64,000 bases of DNA from Eledone cirrhosa. Taxonomy: Eukaryota. The stretch covers positions 131,502,001 through 131,566,000 of the forward strand of contig OZ024742.1 of assembly GCA_964016885.1 (NCBI GenBank). The letters are read 5' to 3'. The position numbers and the translations under genes were made by a program. Below the pieces are notes generated by a model. That model made no database searches and was not told where the DNA came from. It saw nothing but the letters and a program-made list of their open reading frames with translations. This document shows positions 27,925-39,382 of the stretch, piece after piece (the stretch's first letter is position 1; each line of letters begins with the position of its first letter).

Positions 27925-28945
27925 CAGGAGAACATGATATGAAGGCTAAAAAACACATGTGGATAGTGCAGTTTTAAATCTACATATGAAAAGTGGTTTT
28001 AGATTGATGTGTGATATTGGGAAAAATATTTTATTTAGAGAGGGGGGGGGGTGGAAAGGATGAAAAAGGGGGAGGAGATGAGAGGGAGAGATGGGTGATA
28101 GAGAGAAAGAGATAGCTTTTATAACTGAGAGGAGATATACTGTCCCACACAGAGAGGTTGAAAACCGTTGGAAGATAATGTATAAACCCCAAAAAATTTT
28201 TGAAAATCAACGAAAGGAGGATATGTGCGAGGAAAAAGTATTTTATTTAAGGAGGGGGGCTGGAAAGGATGAAAAAAGGGGGAGGAGATGAGAGTGAAGG
28301 TGGAGAGGGAGAGATGGGCGATAGAGAGAAAGAGATAGTTTTTATAACTGAGAGAAAGATACATTGCCTTACACAGAGAGGTTGAGAAACCGTTGGAAGA
28401 TAATGTATAAATTAAAGGAATTTGAAAATTAACGAAGGGAATTTATGTATGAAGATAGAGAGAAGAAATAATAATTGTGGATGAATATTCTAACGTCAAA
28501 AAAAGGGTATGTTGTGGCAATTTCAAAATTAACGAAGAGAAAAATTATTAAGGTTTGTGTGTAGAAGGATTTGAGAAAAATAATGTGAAGTTAAAGTTTG
28601 TATATTGGAGGAATTGATAATATATGCGAATAGAGTTAATATGTATTAAGAATGAGTTCGTTGATGGGGAGAAAAAAAATAAATTAAGGATGAAATTGAG
28701 ATTAAAAAGATTTATGAGAGAGAGAAAAAAATAATGATTGCGGATAAATATTCTAACGTCAAAAAAACAAATGTATATGTTATGAATGATTTTAGAAGGT
28801 GAAGATAGAGTGAGGGTAATGAGTAAACAAGTATTATAGAGTGTATAAAGCCCTTTAAAGTATGGTAGGAAGATGGGTATATTTTAAAGAGGTGTATGTA
28901 TATGTGCCTTTGAGAAAAGATTCTAAATTGATAAAGAATTGAATA

Positions 28946-29212
28946 TTAACTGTATACTTTGTGAAAAGTTCTATGGAATTTATGCAGGCAGATAGAAAAC
29001 AAATCTGTGCGTCTATTTATTATAGAATCTAGGTTAGAGATAATGGTAAATTTTTCATTTAGGCAGAGATTACAGATTTTAGATAGAGAGCTGTTCAAGT
29101 ATGAGGATGCAGAAGAAATCTTCTTCCAAAAGATGGTATATTTAATGTTTTTGTCTTTTAAGGACCATATGAGTTCTGAGAGAGCAGTGTTAGTTCTTTT
29201 AAGTTTGTTTTT
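28946..29212 (-). pseudogene. PLE GIY-YIG endonuclease C-terminus (missing from the ORF track)
   Basis: TALSELIWSLKDKNIKYTIFWKKISSASSYLNSSLSKICNLCLNEKFTIISNLDSIINRRTDLFSICLHK, stop at 28946-28948. Confidence 0.85.
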
Positions 29213-30035
29213 TTTCTCTCTCTCATAAATTTTTTTCTCTCTCTCATAAATCTTTTTAATCTCAATTTCATCCTTAATTTATTTTTTTTTCTCCCCATCA
29301 ACGAACTCATTCTTAATACATATTAACTCTATTCGCATATATTATCAATTCCTCCAATATACAAACTTTAACTTCACATTATTTTTCTCAAATCCTTCTA
29401 CACACAAACCTTAATAATTTTTCTCTTCGTTAATTTTGAAATTGCCACGACATACCCTTTTTTTGGCGTTAGAATATTCATCCACAATTATTATTTCTTC
29501 TCTCTATCTTCATACATAAATTCCCTTCGTTAATTTTCAAATTCCTTTAATTTATACATTATCTTCCAACGGTTTATCAACCTCTCTGTGTAAGGCAATG
29601 TATCTTTCTCTCAGTTATAAAAACTATCTCTTTCTCTCTATCGCCCATCTCTCCCTCTCCACCTTCACTCTCATCTCCTCCGCCTTTTTTTCATCCTTTC
29701 CAGCCCCCCTCCTTAAATAAAATACTTTTTCCTCGCACATATCCTCCTTTCGTTGATTTTCCAAAATTTTTTGGGGTTTATACATTATCTTCCAACGGTT
29801 TTCAACCTCTCTGTGTGGGACAGTATATCTCCTCTCAGTTATAAAAGCTATCTCTTTCTCTCTATCACCCATCTCTCCCTCTCATCTCCTCCCCCTTTTT
29901 CATCCTTTCCACCCCCCCTCTCTAAATAAAATATTTTTCCCAATATCACACATCAATCTAAAACCACTTTTCATATGTAGATTTAAAACTGCACTATCCA
30001 CAAGTGTTTTTTAGCCTTCATATCATGTTCTCCTG

Positions 30036-30102
30036 TTTTATCTGATGAAAACACAAATATTATTGCATGATGATGTTTGTTTTTGAAATGCGCATAATAA
30101 AA
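30036..30102 (+). ncRNA. Type I hammerhead motif
   Basis: ttttat CTGATGA aaacacaaat..atgtttgttttt GAAA tgcgca TA ataaaa. Confidence 0.75.
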
Positions 30103-30134
30103 TACATGGAACTCCTTTAACCATCTTTTGATCT

Positions 30135-30171
<37 letters not shown>

Positions 30172-30296
30172 GTAGGAGGTGAGTTTTATTGTAGTACAAT
30201 AAAGCAATGCAGATATCGGATAAGAAGCACTCTACAGTTTGTAGGACTGGAGTATACATAATATATAAGCTCAAAAGATGGTTAAAAGAGTCCATG

Positions 30297-30367
30297 TATT
30301 TTATTATGCGCATTTCAAAAACAAATATGATCATGCAATAAGATTTGTGTTTTCATCAGATAAAATA
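30297..30367 (-). ncRNA. Type I hammerhead motif
   Basis: Reverse complement of 30481-30551. Confidence 0.75.
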
Positions 30368-30480
30368 GGAAGATATGATATGAAGGTTAAAAACACTTGT
30401 GGATAGTGCAGTTTAAATCAATATGTTGATTTAAAACTGCACTATCCACAAGTGTTTTTAACCTTCATATCATATCTTCC

Positions 30481-30551
30481 TATTTTATCTGATGAAAACA
30501 CAAATCTTATTGCATGATCATATTTGTTTTTGAAATGCGCATAATAAAATA
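30481..30551 (+). ncRNA. Type I hammerhead motif
   Basis: tattttat CTGATGA .. GAAA tgcgca TA ataaaata (8-bp stem I). Confidence 0.75.
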
Positions 30552-30580
30552 CATGGACTCTTTTAACCATCTTTTGATCT

Positions 30581-30635
<55 letters not shown>

Positions 30636-30767
30636 CTTTATTAAAGCTAAATAATGAATCTTATTACTCTGGAATTTCGGCTGCTTCTATATATATTTAT
30701 ATAAATACTTAAGTAATACTTTTTTTATTTAATTATTTTTTCATAATAATTGTTTTTTTGTTTTTCT

Positions 30768-30930
30768 GGCACAAGGTCAGGAATTAACCAGTGGTACTTT
30801 ATTTTTCGACCTCGTAAGGATGAAAGGCAAAGGTAATCTCGGCGGGATTTGAACTCAGAATGGCAAGGGCCGTAACTCTATGCGTCAAAGCATGGCGTCC
30901 GATCCTTCACCGATACTGCCAATCCACCGC
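30768..30930 (-). mobile_element. tRNA-derived SINE
   Basis: Box A, box B and core all present on the minus strand. Confidence 0.85.
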
Positions 30931-31200
30931 ATATTAATGCGAAATGTATTTAGGGGCACACATCCGTAGGCTGGGAAAATCATGCACAGCCCAATATTTA
31001 ATGAATTTCGCAAAACTTCTGTTTGTCGTGATTTTTCACTGTCTATTACTAAATATATTTAGGACGCCGCTTCAACAAATCCCTGTACTTTTCTTCTATA
31101 TCAAAAGGTCATATGTTACAGTTATATTTCCGACCTTTAGTTCTTTAGATGAGACCGTTAACTTCTAGACGTTTTACATATATGTTGAGAATGTTAAAGG

Positions 31201-31416
31201 TCAGTGGATCGGCAGAATCGGCAGGGTGTCAGATAACAAGCATTGCGGATTAGAGTTACGACCCTTTACTTTCAGTGTTCAAATCGCGCCGAGGTTAACT
31301 TTGCTTTTCATCTTTGCGGTGTCGATAAAATAAAACAGCAATCACGCACTGGGGTCGATTTAATCGACTTCTCCTTCCCCATAATTGCTGGCCCTGCGCC
31401 TAAATCAGAAACCATT
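31201..31416 (+). mobile_element. tRNA-derived SINE, long variant
   Basis: Head plus core plus an extra gtcgatttaatcgac hairpin segment. Confidence 0.8.
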
Positions 31417-31612
31417 GCGGTGAATTGGTAGTATCGGTAGAGGGTTGGACGCCATGTTTACTAGCATAGTTACGTCCCTTTACAGTCTGAGTTCAAATCC
31501 CGCCGAGGTTAACTTTGCCTTTCATCCTTACGGGGTCGATAAAATAAAGTACCAGTAATGCACTGGGATAATTGCTGGCATTGTGCCTAAAGTAGAAACA
31601 ATTATTAATATT
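31417..31612 (+). mobile_element. tRNA-derived SINE, full-length short variant
   Basis: tggtagtatcggtag (box A), gagttcaaatcc (box B), gcctttcatccttacggggtcgataaaataaagtaccag core, ATT tail. Confidence 0.9.
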
Positions 31613-32451
31613 ATTGTTTGTTTCTGGACTATACACCACGGCGATTAAGTTTTGTTTATGTACATCCACTTAAATTGATTTTTTGTTTGAAAACTTTGTT
31701 TCGAAGGGAGCAGTGTTTGCCCTGAAGAACGGACTCTCAAGAAGATTTGAATCATGGTCCCGAATATACGAACTTTACCTTTGGAATACTACCAGCAACA
31801 ACAACAACGTAAACAATATTACTTTCGTAGCCACAGCTACAAAATCTCGTCTCGACACCCTACCTATCTAATTTTGTTTCTCCCTTGTTAATACCACTGT
31901 TGCTATTGTTATTCCTGCCATCTTGCTTCCTACTACTGCTGTTCCCGTTAGAATACCATACAGCCCCTTTTCCTGCCGACCACGTATCTCTCTCTTCACT
32001 TGTTCCCATATTCCAGCGTCAGAACAACATATATTTATGTTGCGTGGGATAAACTTACATATATAATCCTTTCTCTTCTGAGAGAAACTATGATAGTCTT
32101 GAAGGAAGGTGATGATTCATATAACGCTAAAGTTATATTTTTCAAGTTAATTTACTTTCCCCATGACTCTTTCGTTTTTCGAAATCTTCCATAAGTCCTA
32201 CTTTATCGACCTTATTCCCGTTTTTTCCTCTCCTTCCTCTCTCTCTCTCTCTCTCTCTCACTCTCTCTCTCTCTCTCTCTCTCTCCACCTCTATTTTTCA
32301 TCTCATGCTTTAGACTATCTTTCTTTCTTTCTCTCCCGCTCTCCGTTCAATATGTGATTATGTCTTAACCCGACATTACTGTGCATATAGTATCCCGCTG
32401 TTTACAGCTACCCTTCGCGCTAAGAATATTACAATACTATGAAAGTTCATA

Positions 32452-32603
32452 GCAATCTTTCTAATTTCTCCTTCTTTCTACTGATAAAGGACTAGTGTTG
32501 GAAACGTTAAGACCCTCTTCCTACTATTTCAAGCGTTTGTTTTGTTATTTCTGTTTACCATTTACATACATACACAGACCCCCCACACACACATATATAT
32601 ATG

Positions 32604-32673
<70 letters not shown>

Positions 32674-32680
32674 TATATAC

Positions 32681-32746
<66 letters not shown>

Positions 32747-32857
32747 AAAAGGTAAACAGAAATAACAAAACAAACGCTTGAAATAGTAGGAGAGGGTCTT
32801 AACGTTTCCGACACTAGTCCTTTATCAGTTGAAAGAAGGAGAAATTAGAAAGATTGC
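32452..32857. mobile_element. Inverted PLE-like pLTR pair around a (TA)/(TG) microsatellite
   Basis: 32452-32576 is the inverse of 32741-32857; CTGATAA aggac-tagt-gtyg GAAA cgtta; related copy at 56424-56560. Confidence 0.7.
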
Positions 32858-33049
32858 GGGGAAGGGGAGGGCGGAATCAGAAAAAACACTTTTTAGAGAA
32901 AAGCAACAGCTCCATTCAAGTTGCCATCTCTTGGAAAACTGTTGATGCTGGCGGTTCGTGTTTGCTATACATTTTTAGAAAATAGGATGATGGAGCGTGT
33001 CTGTCTGAAAGGGAAAAAAACAACATTATGCGTATAAAGCTATGCGCGC

Positions 33050-33080
<31 letters not shown>

Positions 33081-33870
33081 TGTGTGAATGTGTTATTATA
33101 TGTCCGTACGGAGCTAAGAGGATACGTGTGTGTGTGTGTGTGCTTGTCAGTACGAAGTTGTGAGCAAAAGTATGTTAATATAAGGGTGTGTGTGTGTGTG
33201 TACAGAGCTGTAAAGTTAAAAGTAGAGGTGTGTGCGTATTTTGTTGGTCTTTATCAGTTACCTGTTTGAATATATTTCTGCTAGTTAGCACACATTGGCT
33301 TTAGTCATATCTAGGCATTTGACTCCTGCAACTATTTCTTAGGGAAACTCCATTCTATATATTTATCCACTCTCCTTATCTCTCTTTCGATATTTCTATT
33401 TAACATTCTCTCTATTTCGTTTCATATATATATATATTGCTATATATACCAATTCTTGATATTTAGTTCCTCTTCTCATCATCACATCATCTTTCCCATC
33501 AACACAAATTGCCATCCTTCTTTGTGACTACTAATATATTTCCTCTGTCTATAGGTATATAACGAGTAGCTCTCTTTCAGTTAGTTCCTACATACATACA
33601 CAGACACACATATATACATATACATATTAATGTATATATGTAACAACACAAAGCTACACTTCGTCACAAATTCTACCTAATGCTACCATACATCACGGGA
33701 AAACGAGAAAAATAAATCATCATAAAAAAAATAATATTTCACAATTACAGAAACTATCATCATCATCACGTATGTAGAACCGCCCGACTCCACTCAGAAT
33801 TACAGAATCAATAATCAAAAGAATAAAAACAAAATTAAGTTAAAAATAAAATGAAATCAACGGCAAAAGC

Positions 33871-33901
<31 letters not shown>

Positions 33902-34271
33902 TACACCTAGACGCTCTTATATACACACACTCATGCATATATTTCCTGCAAACTATATAAAACAACAGAGCATAAAAAAATTATAAAAGGAAAACGTCTT
34001 GCGAACAGATCAAAAGATCTGGAAAATATCTCGTTGAAAGTTGCTGTCAGAATTTCAAATAGTTTACTGTTTGACGGAATGTAAACTAGTAGTATATTCA
34101 GGAATTAGCAAGTCAATGGACGAAATTATTATTGTTGTTGCTGTTGTTGCTGTTGTTGCTAATGTTGTTGTTGTTACTTTTCTTGTAGTTTGGATATTCT
34201 TGCTGCTGGCATTGTGCTTGTTTTAGTGATATTTTTAAAGATACTTTTCCTCTATGCTCACATTATATTCG

Positions 34272-34273
34272 TT

Positions 34274-34331
<58 letters not shown>

Positions 34332-34455
34332 CTGTTGTTGTTGTTGTTGTTCTTCTTCTTCTTCTTCTTCTTCTTCTTCTTCTTCTTCTTCTTCTTCTTC
34401 TTCTTCTTCTTCTTCTTCTTCTTCTTCTTCTTCTTCTTCTTCTTCTTCTTCTTCT
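34272..34455. repeat. (TAG)n-(TTG)n-(CTT)n compound microsatellite
   Basis: Direct inspection. Confidence 0.95.
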
Positions 34456-34733
34456 ATATAGCTTCACGTATCTGATGTTACGATCGCAAATATCGGACTG
34501 AATTTAGCTACTTGCTGTACATGTTATATGATTGCATACACATACACACATGCACACACACACACACACACGCACATATACCTGCCTATTTACACACACA
34601 TGTATGTATATATATATATTTGTGGGTGTGTGTGTGTGTGTGTTTGTGTGTGTGTGTACGTGCATATATATAAATGCATAAAATAGAAAGATGCAAATAT
34701 GTAAATATATTTAATCTTCTTCTTCTTCTTCTT

Positions 34734-34766
<33 letters not shown>

Positions 34767-35043
34767 GTTTGTCTTCCAGTTATTCTGTTGTTTTTATACA
34801 CTGGTAATGACTTAAATGTTGCGTTCTTTTTGCAGTTTTATTTCTGTTGTTGTTGTTTCATTTGCTGCTGCTGTTGTTGTTGTTGTTGCTGGTGTTGTTG
34901 TTGTTGTTATGTTCACTCACCAAGACTTGTTTCATAATTCTTAATGCTAGTGTTAGAAATTTGATAATGGCAATGATGCGTTGATGCTGTTAATGATAGT
35001 GAATGATAGCGACAATAATATGATGAAGGTCACAGCGATGATG

Positions 35044-35075
<32 letters not shown>

Positions 35076-35157
35076 GACGACGGTAACGACGATAATGATG
35101 ATGAGGACGTTGTTGACGGCAACGTCGACGACGAAGATGATGCTACTAGTGGTGGTA

Positions 35158-35662
35158 ATAATTGTTTCTATGTTTGGCACAAGGCCAGCAATTATTCCAG
35201 TGCATTACTGGTATTTTATTTTATCGACCCCCGTAAGAATGAAAGGCAAAGTTAAACTCGGCTGGATTTGAACTCAGACCATAAAGGGCCGTAATTCTAT
35301 GCTGCAAAGCTTGGCGCCCGACCCTCTACCGATACTGCCAATCCATTGCCCTAGTGGTGATAATAATTGTTTCTACTTTTGGCACAAGGCTAGCAATTAC
35401 CCAGTGTATTACTGGTACTTTATATTATCGACCCCGTAAGGATGAAAGGCAAAGTTAACCTCGGCGGGATTTGAACTCAGATCATACAGGGAGGTAACTC
35501 TATGCTTCAAAGCATGGTGTCCGACCCTCTACCGATACTGCCAATCCACCGCTTTGTGATAATAATTGTTTCTACTTTAGGCACAAGCCCAGCAATTACC
35601 AAGTGCATTACTGGTACTTTATTTTATCGACCCCGTAAGGATGAAAGACAAAGTCAACCGCC
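35158..35662 (-). mobile_element. Three head-to-tail tRNA-derived SINE copies
   Basis: Units at about 35158-35351, 35360-35552 and 35558-35662 (the third is 5'-truncated). Confidence 0.85.
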
Positions 35663-37460
35663 TTGTGATAATAATAATCGTGAATATGACGTCAAAGATG
35701 ATTGCGACGATGTTGATGATAGTGATGTAAATGGTTATGGTATTAATGGTTATGAAGTTACGATTAAACTTTGTGCTGGTTATGAAAAATATTGTATGGT
35801 ATTCATTGTATATATTTCTCATATACACAATCCCATTCCGAACGTTTATTTGTTTGGGTGGACTTGTGCCCCATTCCTTGTAATAAGGTTTGTTTGTTTA
35901 ATCTCTACGGCGTCGTTTAACTAGTTATACCTGTAAATGTAAAGAACCTATTATTTTCTCAGTTAATATAAAGTCAATGGAAATCACTGAGGTCAATTAC
36001 TTAGACTCAAGTATAATTTTTCCAGCATTATTTTGCTACATATTTTCTTGAAGAACAAAATGGGAAAGAACATAAAATAACGAACAGATTCTGCATTCAT
36101 TTTTACAAATTTTCATTTCCGTTCGCATTGCGACCAAGCTTTTGTAGTTGAGGATTAGTCTAATTCTTCACTGTAGGCCATAGAAGACTATTGTGGGCAT
36201 AGAAAGGAGGAAGGACTATATCTAGCTAAAATGTTTTCAGCAGTGTGGATTTAGGTAAAGGTCCACGTGATCTAGATGATAGCTAGAGGATAGTGTTAAA
36301 CCAGATGAAAGGGTTTATGTGGTTAGTAATAAACTTCAGTTTATCTGATTAAATTACGATGGACCAAATCTTCATATATTTCGAAGGGGTTCTAAACTTC
36401 ATTACTGTTCATGATTTACTAATAAGAATAGAAATCCTAGGCAGCTGTAGTGGTGATATAAGTAGAGTAGTGTATGTGATTTTAAATATGTAAGTGTAGT
36501 TGAGTGTATATAGCTTTATAAATGTAAGTGTAATGCAGTAAATTCAACTTTGCCTATGTATGTGTAGTTTAGTGGATATGGCTTTATAGATGTACAAGGT
36601 ATAGCAAATGTGGTTTTAGGTATGTGAGTATAGCGTAATAGATATGGCTTCATAATTGTATGCGTTTTGTAGAAAGGTACTGGGGAAATATGAGTGTAGT
36701 GTAGACGACGTTAGAAATTTAAACGAGGTATCGTAGTAATTTCTTTATAAATGTGCATGTAATGGAAATATATGTGATGTAGAAATTGCTTTAAGAATGT
36801 AGGTTTGGTGTCGTAGAAAATACGCGGTAAATGCAAGTATAGTATCGTGGAAAAAGCTTTAGAAATGAAAGTGTATTGCAGTGTACATGTTTCTAAACTT
36901 CAAATCTGTCTCACGTAGCTCAATCCTATACATAATCTTGATGAAGGCGTAACTAAACAAATCATTGCGCAGAGATGAACGTCTTTGCATTTACCAGTGT
37001 AAACAATGATAAAAGTGACAAGTCATTCATATATTGAGAGAGAATTGAAAATTAGAATTAGATGGATAGCATTATTGTAACTGTCTATGACTTATGAGGA
37101 ATAATAGGAATTCACTAGCATTTTAAGCAGGCCGAGAAACAATGTTGGTTGAAATACATAGTCATATCTAACATCACTTCACATCACGTCACATCACTTC
37201 ACCTACATCTTTAACTCGTTATGAAGTCACTGGGGCGCAGTCGTGATGATATATGGCGTGTTTAAGCCTAGTGGAGTCTATCCCTTTCCAGCTCTGATCA
37301 CAGATGATTTCTTCCAAAGAAATATATATAGAGAGTTACAGAGTAAAAGCGAGAAAAAGAAATGCAGAAATATTCACACTCACTATTGAACTGACATTCA
37401 GAGGTTTTCTAGCTGAGAACGCTTAACTATAGAATCACAGTTATGAATCCATCTCATGAG

Positions 37461-37619
37461 TTACACAGTTTCTTTCAACACAATATCACTCCTAAGGTGT
37501 GGATTGATCCGAGGTAATCGTACACGAAACTTGCTTAAGTTGCCATGCAGTGTTATCGAATCCAGGAGCTTCGATTGTGAATCTATCTTTTGCAACACGC
37601 AGCCATCACTACGTGCATA
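37461..37619 (-). CDS. Candidate host exon, product unknown
   Basis: Acceptor tttattttcag at 37620, then an open frame YARSDGCVLQKIDSQSKLLDSITLHGNLSKFRVRLPRINPHLRSDIVLKETV*; non-repetitive sequence. Confidence 0.25.
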   Translation of the reverse strand, partial: YARSDGCVLQKIDSQSKLLDSITLHGNLSKFRVRLPRINPHLRSDIVLKETV

Positions 37620-38004
37620 CTGAAAATAAATTATGCGCCTGACAAAATGGTCTATCGCCGCAGAACATATAATTACATAGAAGTGTGAGTTATCGATACA
37701 TAACCAACACCTTTTGCATTCTTTTGTCTCATCTTGTCGCAATATCATTATCACCACCACCACAATCATCATCACCATCACCATCAACGACAACAACAAA
37801 AACAACATGAATAATCATATTAATGATATGAAACAGAAATAGAAAAAAGACTAAAAATCAGCCAGACAATTTTATTTTTCTGCTGGACAATCAGAAATAT
37901 TTCTCATTTAAATATTTACAATATACCTTCATTTATCTCTGAAACTCATAGTTATTTTATTTCTATAATTATTTCTATAATAATTACAGTTCTTTACTTT
38001 CTGA

Positions 38005-38110
38005 GATCAAATGAAGCCGAAATTAGCTTTGCCTTTCATCCTTATGGGGTCGTTAAAATAAAGTACCAGTAACGCCCTGGGGTTGTCATATTGCTGGCCT
38101 TGTACCAGCA
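38005..38110 (+). mobile_element. SINE fragment
   Basis: gcctttcatccttatggggtcgttaaaataaagtaccag core. Confidence 0.7.
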
Positions 38111-38334
38111 TTAATTATTATTAGTTGAAAGAAAATGTTCAACTGTTCTTAGCTATGGCGAAAGAGGTTGTCCGGGGGATGAGATTGAAAGGGGTGAAGA
38201 TAGGGATGTTTCCTCTTTGAAAAGAAAAATCAGGGTGGTATATGACTTGCGTTTCAGTAAAGCGGAAAAAGGGAGTGGTGAACATGTTCCGAGGGAACGG
38301 ACAATGCGCGCCACTTTCACTACCACCAGCACCG

Positions 38335-38355
38335 CTACTACTACTACTACTACCA

Positions 38356-38388
<33 letters not shown>

Positions 38389-38392
38389 TCAT

Positions 38393-38488
<96 letters not shown>

Positions 38489-38544
38489 CACTACCACTAC
38501 CACTACCACTACTACTACTACTACCACCACTACTACTACTACCA

Positions 38545-38605
<61 letters not shown>

Positions 38606-38681
38606 CGCTACCACTACTACTAGTACTACTACTACTACTACCACTACCACTACTACTACTACCACTACTACTACTACTACC
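38335..38681. repeat. (ACT/ACC)n trinucleotide tract
   Basis: Direct inspection. Confidence 0.95.
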
Positions 38682-38689
38682 AAACTCAT

Positions 38690-38905
38690 CGCTTAGTTGA
38701 CAGAATCATGAGAGCGGCGGATCAATCGTTTACAGTATATTCCCGGCTGCTTACGTTCCGAGTTCAATTCTTTTCGAGGTTAGCTTTGCTTTTGTCCTTG
38801 CGGGGTCGATAAACTGAAATACCAGTAACGCACTAGGGTCGATTTAATCGAGTTTCTTTTCCTCTAAAATTGTTGGCCTTGTGCCTAAATCAGAAACAAT
38901 TATTA
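38690..38905 (+). mobile_element. tRNA-derived SINE, long variant, diverged
   Basis: gagttcaatt, core, gtcgatttaatcga segment, ATT tail. Confidence 0.7.
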
Positions 38906-39350
38906 TTAGTATTATTATTGTTATTATTACTATTATTAGTAATGTTGTTGTTGTATGGCATTTCATTATTTCGTATTACTCAGCTTTTATAGCCTCGCCG
39001 TTATCTTGTTCTCTCTTCTCTCTAATTGTACGATTCGATTATCGTGATAAATTCATCTTGTTTCTTTCTTTTTTTTTCGTTACTTTTAGTTAGACCGAAA
39101 TAAAAGAGCACCGTTAGCCATCATTTGGTTTACTATTTCACGGAGAAAACAACTAATTGGATATTATCAGGTTCCATTTCTGTTTTACTTATTTTCCCTT
39201 ACTTTACAATTGCTTTTGATATTAAATTAGTTCTTTGGCTTTTTCTCCTTGTGGCGCCTTATCCTGCTACAACGATGACGAATAATATGAATTGGTTGCC
39301 TGTCTTTTCTATTTAATTATAACTAGTTGTAGTAGTAGTAATAATAATAA

Positions 39351-39382
<32 letters not shown>

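Larger units (their letters stand above)
27724..30590 (-). mobile_element. Penelope-like element with ~900-bp inverted pLTRs and an adjoining palindromic extra copy
   Basis: 27823-28735 is the inverse of 29230-30140; 30164-30420 is a direct copy of 27724-27980; 30425-30590 is an inverse copy; four HHRs. Confidence 0.9.

Noticed and set aside
31417-31505. tRNA gene
   Set aside because: Boxes A and B are present, but there is no cloverleaf and the sequence continues into a SINE body
38153-38700. Mucin-like poly-Thr, poly-Val and poly-Leu ORFs
   Set aside because: (ACT)n microsatellite flanked by SINEs; no supported gene structure
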